DNA of 30,386 nucleotides from Clostridia bacterium (GTDB lineage Bacteria; Bacillota; Clostridia; UMGS1883): NCBI GenBank assembly GCA_045605405.1, contig JAZUPX010000113.1, positions 1 to 30,386 of the forward strand, read 5' to 3'. Shown piece by piece: positions 23,601 to 30,386 of this stretch (position 1 is its first letter; each line of letters starts with the position of its first letter). The notes under the pieces were generated by a model. It saw only the letters and a program-made list of their open reading frames with translations, ran no database searches and was not told where the DNA came from. The position numbers and the translations under genes were made by a program.

Positions 23601-25758
23601 CCTGCAGGAGCGTTTCGGGCTCGGCTTGCGCATTCTTTTCATCTGCCGCCTTATAGATTTCGTTGGCCTCAATAAGCTGCTTTACCTTTTTGCGTGATGC
23701 TTCCTTGCCGTTCTTTCGTGCGGTCTCAATTTCATTTGCGATTTTTGCCGAAACAGTTCCTTCGCCGCTTTCCTTGCCTGATTTAATAAGAGCATCTAAG
23801 GCTTTCTCGTCCTTGACAACGGAATCCGCGTACTCATTTTTTGCTTCAACCGTCTTTGCATTGGCATAGTGCGAAACAACATTGTTTACAATGGTTTGAG
23901 AGCCGCCGAACAACAAGCCAATTTTAAAACCCTCTGTTCCCGCCTCGTGCATTTCAGTGCGAGCTTCGTGATTCGTACCCCCTGCGACACCTTTAAGAAG
24001 TTTTCCTGTTTTCGACACAAGACTTTCATCCGAACCGCTTAACGCGCGCTCTTTGTTTGCTATGCTAACACCTTGCTGTAAAAACTCTTCGCCATATTCT
24101 GTTAAGGAATTCCCCACAATGCCGGCAGCGGTTTTCACTCCTGTTTTCCATGCCGGGCTTGCCACCGATGCCGCCGCCTTTGTTGCCGCACGGTTTGTTG
24201 CCTTAGATGCCAAATTTGCCACAACTTTGGTGGCTGCGTTTGTGCTTCCTTTTGCCACGCTCGCTTTTGCCGCATTCCCTATAGCACTTAATGCCTTGCC
24301 GCCGCCTGCCGCCAACCAACTTAAAGCTGTTTCGCCGGATTCGATAATAGAGTTTATAAGCGCTTCATCATTTGCCGCATTCAGTGCAGTTTCCTCGTCA
24401 ACGCCTTCCGACAGAAGTATTCTAAATACCGACCCGCGAATAACGCCGTAACTCTGCGAAAACGTACCTATGCCCGCACCTATAGACATGCCCACGTTCG
24501 GTGCGCCGACCAAACTACCAGCCGCCAAACCAATACCGCCGCCGACTAATTCCGGAAGTATCTGGTCTTTAAACTGCGGTAAATATCCCGCCACGCTTTT
24601 GGTAAGCCAAGAAGCTTTTACATTTTCATCATCAAGTGCCTTTTCGTTGTTCTTCGCATACTCCCTGGCCAAGGCATCATAAGCATAGGCGATTTCCTTA
24701 TTTTTTTCTGTTGGATTAGATAAGTATTCATCCATTGCCTTGTCGGCTTCACGGCTTAGTTCATTACTCCGATAATTTGCCCTCCACTGACCGCCGAAGT
24801 TATCTTCATTGACAACGTTGCTAAATTCGGTTATATCATCATAAAGTGCTTTTTCTCTTTTGACAGTTTTAACTTCATTTCGCGCATCATACAATTCACT
24901 ATATGCCGAACGTACTTCTTCTGCATCTTCAACGCGTGGTCTCGGGCCAAACGAGTTTATCCGCCTCTGGGCATCCCATTCATGTCTCTTTGCAGCATCG
25001 GCTTCAGACTGTTTCAGTTCAGAAGCAGTAAATGAGCCTACCTGTCCAAGCTCTTGCAATTCCTTTGTAAGCGCTGCCCGTCTTGCTTCATTCTCCGCAA
25101 CCAAATTATCAACATTGCTGTAACGGCTTGCACGGCTTAAACCGCTACTTGCTCTTGACAAGTTCGAAAGTTCGCTGTTTATTTCTTTGACACGAGATTC
25201 ACGTTCATCATCCGGCAAATCGCTTATGAACGTAGTCTTGGCTATTTCCGGTTTCTGCTTTTCAAGCTCATTCAGTTCCTTCCAAAGCTCAGATTCTCTC
25301 CTTTCATTCTCTGCAATCAAATCATCAATGTTACCGTAAGAGCGCGCACGTTCGATTCCGCTTCTCGCCTTTTGTAATTCTGAAATTTCGGATTTAATTT
25401 CGCGGATTCGCGATTCATTATATTTTTTGTCCGTTGTACCTTTATAAACCTTGCTTTTATAAGAAGTATACGCATTCTTTGATTCTCGTTCGAAGGCGCT
25501 TGGCTGTTTTGCGGCATTATGCTCTGTTGCATTTACAACAGAGCTTTCAGCCGCCTTATTCTTAAGCCAATCACCCGTTTTGCCCGTTGATTTATCGGTT
25601 TTAGCCCCTCCACTTTTCGTGGAGGAGCTTTTTGCTGTTATATCGTTCTTTCTTGATTCTTCTTTTGCTGTACCGTCATATTGTTTACCTCTTGCCTTGT
25701 CGCGTTCTTCTTTTTTTCTCCGCGCGACCGCCAAACCTATATCAGTGTTACTTGCCAT
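17695..25758 (-). CDS. Giant (2687 aa) polyvalent internal virion / DNA-ejection protein
   Basis: Last gene of the morphogenesis operon. Gly/Ala-rich hydrophobic segments, zincin-like HEMALH...EELSAN region, modules delimited by SHSLK/SYSLK/SFSLK linkers, long helical C-terminal region ending W..NPYR. Confidence 0.8.
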   Translation of the reverse strand: MASNTDIGLAVARRKKEERDKARGKQYDGTAKEESRKNDITAKSSSTKSGGAKTDKSTGKTGDWLKNKAAESSVVNATEHNAAKQPSAFERESKNAYTSYKSKVYKGTTDKKYNESRIREIKSEISELQKARSGIERARSYGNIDDLIAENERRESELWKELNELEKQKPEIAKTTFISDLPDDERESRVKEINSELSNLSRASSGLSRASRYSNVDNLVAENEARRAALTKELQELGQVGSFTASELKQSEADAAKRHEWDAQRRINSFGPRPRVEDAEEVRSAYSELYDARNEVKTVKREKALYDDITEFSNVVNEDNFGGQWRANYRSNELSREADKAMDEYLSNPTEKNKEIAYAYDALAREYAKNNEKALDDENVKASWLTKSVAGYLPQFKDQILPELVGGGIGLAAGSLVGAPNVGMSIGAGIGTFSQSYGVIRGSVFRILLSEGVDEETALNAANDEALINSIIESGETALSWLAAGGGKALSAIGNAAKASVAKGSTNAATKVVANLASKATNRAATKAAASVASPAWKTGVKTAAGIVGNSLTEYGEEFLQQGVSIANKERALSGSDESLVSKTGKLLKGVAGGTNHEARTEMHEAGTEGFKIGLLFGGSQTIVNNVVSHYANAKTVEAKNEYADSVVKDEKALDALIKSGKESGEGTVSAKIANEIETARKNGKEASRKKVKQLIEANEIYKAADEKNAQAEPETLLQAAREAVARRNRTDGVSLLEARRRGEVNDEVLDRLTGYDVEITADEVRKVTGFGEEGAKLVANLSNQEGATFSKAMAEVKASYVTGFQQPDLDIKKAENAFVSKAQADAFTAGQMDRQMQDLAAKERFRNAVVNMESGFLAENLPSDVTETQVGILNQMAEGLGVKSYVAKGLKGNAEYNRQTGEVPIDFDFEREIGADGNRQKVSIVFHAAHEMALHRVVDLAPEEGSAFVYAMYNHLAGNEPSNFTLADEKRNAYAAQDVEISLAEAMEELSANNILYLYNNDEARFHDAIDRIVNGTDEKAKQGLRKYVDFLKNIIKKISDFLTGKSGRERAEGQAELDEITKLRDMFETAFAKAVENKKAIQARSTESKTSKNLEIKAKEDYNYNVSHSLKWRTDLNARQYRMVENWIRQVDNHEPYRIADTDGCWYKGRIDGEALFAIYSTATPGNPTILYERKGDGGSFELDILMGLLEEIENGKSVNGKSAYVNWVSRGGWMRIVNSSQNNTGNLGGGGHNQNAGVLPGQSQRNGSPAFWNVIENLRRTEQKSYSLKDNKGNTLTEAQSEYFKDSKVNSAPDVSFSLKNTNNGMSAKDRKDLLDIIEHLKGEFEVTKFPKADPKKLAKMTRDILKEYSSHADYDETFASIDSLYRYMANGEDGHPAVWDDVYSRAYKVALEIVKNALVKDDYLYQENKALRDYLRTTRIKFYEGFDSIPSVYENFNEFRKRNMGRLNFTNDGRSIDSVYQELSSLYPEFFNEEEQTNSADQLERIVEVLDSIRTTEANPFDGQIERVSMHLANDLTSRFFDIPQAKPTFADKAERRVVEAKIKGEKKAESIRQQKDERIKKLIELQKEKTKKKIDKLRQQRDDKVRKEQEKRRAAISKMSESQKAKVIRARIMRHARDLSKKLVNPTDNQHIPHELRGAVAALLESINLESNYTYDTESGSYKKNDDGLPAKRTQVFNELRDIYKNIAFSVVVDPDLIVEGGLLSNVISLADKRIVDMTSSELETVWQTIRAVEASISTANKTFAQGKFATISAFAEALRADNAEKKERTELKGVLGKGKTTLTLNMLTPETYFHFLGNAGDSIFRMMRDAQDKHISIMKEVAEFTHDTLKDVNVNVLENTMHTVKLGGENVQLTTAQLMELYVLMKRGQAVEHIMVGGILPDVTDGKGLKKNTRVEPIRNISADEISTALSKLTDKEKKIADELQKFVSTVLSAYGNEASIKVYNYEKFLEKNYWTIRTNKQEISSEIGKDTSVTSVANKGMAKGTLPHANTSVRIGSIFDTFASHSSDMATYAAWLGASEDINRIRNFVFWEEGARTGTVKGILDTVHGAKVGSEYLEKLLTDIAIGVKGTDNMNPFDKFIGGYKAASVGANLRVIIQQPTAILRALDMIDARYLAQGAVRPLKGFAKAKKYAPIAQWKDWGYFDINTGRQMKDVLFDNASKLEKAKQVGMWGASMADSLAWGQLWNAVEAETKATHKELEVGSEAYYETVAKRFTEIVDHTQVVDGILQRSQLMRSPDALTKMATSFMGEPTKQYNMAVSALYDAMNGKGDARKRAVSQLGRTAVSLAVAGIINACAQSIIDAMRDDDTEKDYWEKWTAAFVGDGEETNLMNSNLGDTVNPLNYVPFAKDAMSIFAGYDVKRMDTEAIAKTYNAIVNMYKAVTGTGKYTITEASAQLFAEIARFYGLPVANVKRDIKSLIMSVATITDSPLMQYRMEKGMLDINYAGNSKNFIDILFNAYKNDKAAYRLIYKDLVKNGYSEDDLEGGIEARMNKADASKKKYKSSLSKVKQNRLWKTATAVQRKNAEADLNNFLTSTSEAMGKIRVEAMKFGIDETEYTLWQLAKEMVSDGKDGTSVKEKAAAMKLLNLTSDAEWGLFLLNNESKGANYAYENGIDSSIYADFVEALAKVDKPTKKGKYGTYTQDEAREAVELLEGLSYEEKAALWQSVNTTWKKNPYR

Positions 25759-25771
25759 AGTACAGCCTCCT

Positions 25772-27421
25772 TTAGTTCTTTACATATTTTATTGTTTTAT
25801 TGTTGTGATCAACCACGGTCCTTATTTTCCCGCTTTTCACCATGGGTTCTATGTAATCCCATTCCTGACGACCAAGACCTGAAACATAAACATAACCGCC
25901 GTGGTCTCCAAGCACCTCATAATCCGATGTATCAAAGTCTTTCTTCGTATAGTTGCTTCCGCTGCTCCCACCGCCGGACGATATGCCGAGTTCTGCTTGT
26001 CTTGCCTTGACACGCACTTCTACATCTGCCTTATTCCATCCGGCTTGTGCAATAAGCTCATCCCGTGGCATTGTGCCCGTCTCGATGATTTCTTCCATTT
26101 GGGCTTCCGCGGATTTCTTGCTGTCCTGCCCGCGATTGTAGGACAATTCATCGTTGTACTGACTGTCGCTTATCTGGTCGCGCCCGACTTGGTAATTCCA
26201 TTCATTCTCATAACGGCTGTCAGCAAGCTGATCCCTTCCGAGCTGATAGTTCCATTCCTTATTCTTCCAGATATCATCGCGAATAAGGTTGCGATTGTCA
26301 ATCATGGCGTTATAATCAAACTGTGTCTTCCATTGTCCGTCCTGCACGTCATCGCGGTATACGCCGTAAGCAAAGTTTTTGTCAGCATACCAATCGTTTA
26401 CGGTATCGCGGTATCTGTTGTACTGCGATTCATCCATATCCTGAAGAATGCCCAGATCCTGCATCTTGCTTTCCTTGTCGTTCAGATACATGGAATAGGC
26501 AAGCTGATAAAGCTCGGGAATTTTGTCGTTCAGCTGAGAGTTATAATAATTGTTTGCCTGTTGTGCCGCCGTGATGGCGTATGTATTCATACCGCCTGCA
26601 CCTGCCGCCGCTTCTGCAAGCGTTTCGCGCATGGCTCTGTCCCCTTCGCGCCGATACATATTTGCATACTGCTGATACAAAGGGTCACTCGCTGCATCGT
26701 AAGAAAAATCATCACGGTTTAAAATCTCATTCAAAAGCGCATCAATGCGTGGGTCGCGCTCCGGCTCTGTTGGCTTTTTCTTCGTGTATTCAAAATCCTC
26801 GGGCTGATTGTTCTTTTGTACCGCACCCATCGCATACTGCCACATAGCCTGTTGAAGCTCGTCATTTGCGTAACCCTGTAAGCCTTCTGTGTTCATTGCC
26901 TTGCCGTATCTCTGATAGTAGGTAGCTAAAACATCTTCCGCACTTACGCCTGCATTCATCTGATTTGTGCCGACTGTGCCCCAATCTATGCCGCTGCCGT
27001 CAAGACTTCCGCCGTACTTGCTTGTTCTGTCATAATTTGCGCCTGTTTGAATGATTTTCTGATTCCGAAGCTGTTCAGCCTTTGCCGCCGTTACGTAGTC
27101 ACCGTTTGCAACTGCATTATTGATAATTGCCTGATAATCGGTATTGGCATCCCAAGTGTTTCCCAAAATGGGCTTTGTGTACTGCGAATTCTTTGTCGGC
27201 TTATAGGTAGAACCACCGGACGTGCCACCGCCCGATGAAACCGTTGAAACAGAAGGTGCTTTATATGCATTGTCAAACTTCTCTCCACTTTTAGTTGTTA
27301 CCGATACAGAACCATCACTTTTCTTAGTCCACGTCGAGCCATCCGAAGCCTTGTATGTCTCGCCGGTTTTCATTTTCTTTGCAATGTCTTTGCCTTTATC
27401 CGAACCAATTACATATGCCAT
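25772..27421 (-). CDS. Internal virion / ejection (pilot-type) protein, 549 aa
   Basis: Start refined to ATG 27421 (AAAGGAGG). DPLYQQY...G.RAM.ETLA.AAA.AGG.NTYA.TAAQQA core, Q/Y/D-rich ~18-aa repeats, Gly/Ser linkers; typical position before the giant protein. Confidence 0.65.
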   Translation of the reverse strand: MAYVIGSDKGKDIAKKMKTGETYKASDGSTWTKKSDGSVSVTTKSGEKFDNAYKAPSVSTVSSGGGTSGGSTYKPTKNSQYTKPILGNTWDANTDYQAIINNAVANGDYVTAAKAEQLRNQKIIQTGANYDRTSKYGGSLDGSGIDWGTVGTNQMNAGVSAEDVLATYYQRYGKAMNTEGLQGYANDELQQAMWQYAMGAVQKNNQPEDFEYTKKKPTEPERDPRIDALLNEILNRDDFSYDAASDPLYQQYANMYRREGDRAMRETLAEAAAGAGGMNTYAITAAQQANNYYNSQLNDKIPELYQLAYSMYLNDKESKMQDLGILQDMDESQYNRYRDTVNDWYADKNFAYGVYRDDVQDGQWKTQFDYNAMIDNRNLIRDDIWKNKEWNYQLGRDQLADSRYENEWNYQVGRDQISDSQYNDELSYNRGQDSKKSAEAQMEEIIETGTMPRDELIAQAGWNKADVEVRVKARQAELGISSGGGSSGSNYTKKDFDTSDYEVLGDHGGYVYVSGLGRQEWDYIEPMVKSGKIRTVVDHNNKTIKYVKN

Positions 27422-27434
27422 TTTTATTCCTCCT

Positions 27435-27803
27435 TTACCATTCCCCACCATCAATCGTGAGATCTTCTGCGATAACCAATTTGCCCGAGCTGTTTAAGTA
27501 CAATTTTTGTTCGCCGCTTTTCCCCTTTATTACAAACTCAAACTTCCCTTTGCCGTTTTTCCCGGCCGTAAAGCTTTCTCCGTTCGGCCCCGACAAATTG
27601 ATAAACGCGCCTATGCTTGTACTGCCTGTGGAATCCTTTATTGTCGTTTCATCTATGTTGATTTCGTTTATGTTCCGGCTGTCAAGATTTGAAAGGGTAT
27701 ATTCCAGCTGTTCCTGCAGGTACTTTATGTGGTTCGCCATTTTTTTAATGGCATCTTGCGGATTACTTGCGTCTATGCGCTGCATTGATTGCGTGAATAT
27801 CAC
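27435..27803 (-). CDS. Small structural/tail-associated protein
   Basis: N-terminal helix (YLQEQLEYTLSNLD..N) plus beta-rich C-terminus; coupled to the tail tube gene. Confidence 0.65.
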   Translation of the reverse strand: MIFTQSMQRIDASNPQDAIKKMANHIKYLQEQLEYTLSNLDSRNINEINIDETTIKDSTGSTSIGAFINLSGPNGESFTAGKNGKGKFEFVIKGKSGEQKLYLNSSGKLVIAEDLTIDGGEW

Positions 27804-29365
27804 TAAACATCACTCCCTACCGTAAATTCTCGGATAAATGCCTTAATCGTACATTTTCCCTTGCCGCGAAGCCGAATATCTATACTGTCGCATCTCGTAG
27901 GCAGTATCGGTATTGATACCGTCTTTGCTTTCTCATTATGCGCTGTATAGACCTCTTTCCATCTTGTATCACGGTCTGTCTTTACATCTATGGAGAACCA
28001 CGCCCCGGCAGACAGATCCATGCGAAGGTGAAACTTGGAATACCCCTTTCGCTCATTCATTGTTTCATGCATGGTGCAGAAGGTTGCGCTCCACTCTATG
28101 TCGTTTCGTTCTTCCGTTTTATCAATGTAATATAAACCGCCGCTCGCATCAATAAAATACACCTTTCCATCATGAAACGCCATATCAATGGCATGTGTAT
28201 CGTCTTCACGAAGCCAGATGTTTTTCCTGACGTCGTAGGTAAACAAGCTCCATTCCTCGCCGTTTCTCATGGATATGTAGTATGTCTCACCGTCACAAGA
28301 AGCCACCGCGTCAGAATACCGATTGTTTCCAAGCTTTTCGCTTATAAGCTCCGGCACGCCGCCCGTATAGGAATACACGCCGCCAACGCCCTTGTATAAA
28401 AGCTGTTCGTTGACAATCTGCATGCTTCTCGCGCTTCCGCTTTGTACGCCGTAAACATTGACCGTAGTGATCTGAAAGTTACTCGGCTTCGTTCCGTACA
28501 GCTTATGGAGTGTGTTTTCCTTAAAGAAGCAAATGTGCGAAGAGTATGGAATGCATCCCGTAAATTCCCCCTCGCTTCCGACTTCGATGGCGTAGCTGTC
28601 ACTTGAAAGTCCTTCGAAAACCTTAAAATTAAACGGATCGGAAAACTTACTCGAATATATCGTATTTTCATGCGTTCCCCATAGCCTGTAGTTACTCTCA
28701 CAGATAAAGTCAAGATCAGGCACCGACCGTTTAATCACAACATTCCCACCGTTTTCTTCTGTAAATTCGGTGAAAGTGTTATCTTCAAAGATAAGTCTCT
28801 GTGGTTCTACACTTTTTATAATAATCTCGGCTTCTTTATTATTTTCGTTCTTTCCGCATCCCGTAATGGTTACCGCATCGCCTTTGTTGAAATAATCCGA
28901 GAAATATGCACCTCTTGTTATAATGGAATATGTACCGAAGCTAAGCTTCTTATCGGTCTTGTATTCCGATTCAAGGCTTCCGAATGCGCCCTCTATTAGA
29001 TTTCCGGTTTCGTCCTTCGTCGGCACTTTATAATAGGCTTTATCGGGAAAAATAACAATATAATCACCGATTGTCGCGGTCTGTTTTTCCCCGGGCGTGA
29101 CATCGCCAACCTTTTCACCGTCATATCTTACATCCGTACCGTCTATCACAAGAAGCTTCCCTTTTGCATGTAATGTTGTCGGATTCGCGTACTTCGCCGT
29201 ATTGATTCTCGCCGCTCTCTGCGTGATGCAGGGGTATTGGTCGGTCGAAAGATTATGTGTCTGTGAAAACTCTCCGTCTTGTGCGCCCTCGCCGTAGTTT
29301 AAGCCTCGGAATACTACGCTGTACTTTTTGGATGCGCTTTGCACTTCCGAAAGATAAGGTAACAT
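27803..29365 (-). CDS. Tail tubular/nozzle protein (P22 gp10 / T7 gp12-like)
   Basis: About 520 aa, beta-propeller-like (NYRLWG..NTIYSSKFSDPFNF, GEFTGC, FFKE..LHKLYG); follows the adaptor gene. Confidence 0.7.
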   Translation of the reverse strand: MLPYLSEVQSASKKYSVVFRGLNYGEGAQDGEFSQTHNLSTDQYPCITQRAARINTAKYANPTTLHAKGKLLVIDGTDVRYDGEKVGDVTPGEKQTATIGDYIVIFPDKAYYKVPTKDETGNLIEGAFGSLESEYKTDKKLSFGTYSIITRGAYFSDYFNKGDAVTITGCGKNENNKEAEIIIKSVEPQRLIFEDNTFTEFTEENGGNVVIKRSVPDLDFICESNYRLWGTHENTIYSSKFSDPFNFKVFEGLSSDSYAIEVGSEGEFTGCIPYSSHICFFKENTLHKLYGTKPSNFQITTVNVYGVQSGSARSMQIVNEQLLYKGVGGVYSYTGGVPELISEKLGNNRYSDAVASCDGETYYISMRNGEEWSLFTYDVRKNIWLREDDTHAIDMAFHDGKVYFIDASGGLYYIDKTEERNDIEWSATFCTMHETMNERKGYSKFHLRMDLSAGAWFSIDVKTDRDTRWKEVYTAHNEKAKTVSIPILPTRCDSIDIRLRGKGKCTIKAFIREFTVGSDV

Positions 29366-29370
29366 CGCGC

Positions 29371-29706
29371 TCACCCCCTCACTGCATGCTCTCTGATGTA
29401 CGCCTTCTTATAATCGGTATATATGGAATCGAACATCATCACGGAATTGTTGTAATTGCCGTACTCGCGATTATGATAGTCTATCTGCGCTTCAAGGTAT
29501 AAGGGATATACATTTTCAAACGGAGCAGGAATAAGAAGTTCTTTGTCCAGATCTTCGGGGTAAGAATACTGCATAACCTTGTCCGATTGTATAACTAAAC
29601 GCTGTACCATACCGTCAAGCTCATTTATCCACCTTAATTTGTCCTCTTCGCTGTATGCATTCGGTCTTACTCTATCAACAATCTCTATGGCTTTGTTTGG
29701 TGTCAC
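29371..29706 (-). CDS. Head-tail adaptor / tail tubular A-like protein
   Basis: Helical 111 aa, MT..KAI..VD..RPNAYS.EDKLRWINELDG...ELLIPAPFENVY..YL.AQID; directly upstream of the nozzle gene. Confidence 0.6.
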   Translation of the reverse strand: MTPNKAIEIVDRVRPNAYSEEDKLRWINELDGMVQRLVIQSDKVMQYSYPEDLDKELLIPAPFENVYPLYLEAQIDYHNREYGNYNNSVMMFDSIYTDYKKAYIREHAVRG

Positions 29707-29718
29707 GTTCAGCCCCCC

Positions 29719-30357
29719 TTATACCCGTTTTTCCCTTAAATACTGCACAATCTTCCGCGCAAACCAGTATACATTTACATCCTCGTTCAGCTTCTTGAGC
29801 CAGAGCTCCACGTCGCCGACAACCTTCCCGCCATTTGCAAGCTCTCTTTGTGAAAGCTCCCACACGATGTCATTGATGCTTGTCAGCTCCACGACCTTCG
29901 GATGGTTTACGCGGTCTAAAAACTTGTACCATTCGTTCCAGTTGTCCTTCGAAAGCTCCGCAGGGCATAGTTTTCGAGATGCATCATAGTGCCGCACCAC
30001 CTCTGTAATACCCGTCTCTGCTTTCAGTCTCTGCACGAGCTCCACCGCATTTTCGAGTGCCTTTTCAAAATCCCCGTCCGCATTCACGCAAATCTCAATG
30101 CCAATGGAATTGGAATTCGTAATGCCGTACTTGCCTTTGCCGTCCCCGCAATGCCAGGTATAATATTTGTTATAATCATTAATCTGCAGCGCTTCCTTGT
30201 CATCTACCACAAAGTCTGCACTCTGCCCGACGTTCTTGCCGTTCCAGTAGTCGAAATGCGCTCTTGCATCCGCACCTTTTCTCGGATTCCCCGTTGTATG
30301 TACCACAATGTACCGCGGCTTCTCTGTCCTCGCCGTTCTGTTAAACTTTATTTGCAT
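29719..30357 (-). CDS. N-acetylmuramoyl-L-alanine amidase (Amidase_2 endolysin)
   Basis: IVVHTTGN, WHCGDG, SIGIEIC, VVRHYDASRKLCP (His/His/Cys zinc ligands). Confidence 0.92.
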   Translation of the reverse strand: MQIKFNRTARTEKPRYIVVHTTGNPRKGADARAHFDYWNGKNVGQSADFVVDDKEALQINDYNKYYTWHCGDGKGKYGITNSNSIGIEICVNADGDFEKALENAVELVQRLKAETGITEVVRHYDASRKLCPAELSKDNWNEWYKFLDRVNHPKVVELTSINDIVWELSQRELANGGKVVGDVELWLKKLNEDVNVYWFARKIVQYLREKRV

Positions 30358-30386
30358 ATCGTTCTCCCTTCTTCCACCGGCTCCCC

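Noticed and set aside
17921-29989. Plus-strand ORFs opposite the late genes (e.g. 25901-26722, 20858-21367)
   Set aside because: Shadow ORFs arising from codon bias of the minus-strand structural genes.
30205-30230. Amidase has SADF where related enzymes usually have SxH[YF]
   Set aside because: The three zinc ligands (HTT, RHYD, LCP) and the IEIC glutamate are intact, so there is no basis to call it inactive.
1-30386. tRNA, rRNA, IS elements, introns/inteins
   Set aside because: No cloverleaf, transposase, homing endonuclease or intein motif was seen by eye; terL and the helicase are of normal length.

Overview
The whole window is part of a temperate phage genome, most likely a short-tailed (P22/T7-like morphogenesis) phage of a Clostridia-type Bacillota host. 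No host genes are visible. On the minus strand, read right to left from 13.8 kb, the early/middle operon runs: cro, small ORFs, a LysM/YneA-like protein, Sak4-type recombinase, PD-(D/E)XK exonuclease, DUF669-like SSB, ERCC4 nuclease, CHC2 zinc-finger protein, VirE helicase, an iteron origin and a string of small accessory ORFs. It continues into terS, terL and the portal 5' end. On the plus strand lie cI, an ImmA/IrrE protease, two membrane proteins and a large serine integrase. From 17.7 to 30.4 kb the minus strand carries the end of the late operon: amidase, adaptor, tail tube/nozzle, ejection proteins and a 2687-aa polyvalent protein. Late genes converge on the integrase, so this looks like the excised/circular form, with a candidate attP inside the integrase 3' end. 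The most unusual feature is a 178-bp intergenic element (12578-12755). It has four GCGATAT repeats facing four inverted copies, with a hairpin between each pair of neighbouring repeats, and can fold into three stacked four-way junctions. Other highlights are an antisense promoter-terminator sRNA unit and a vestigial ADP-ribosyltransferase module in the giant virion protein. All calls come from reading motifs by eye; no database searches were run.
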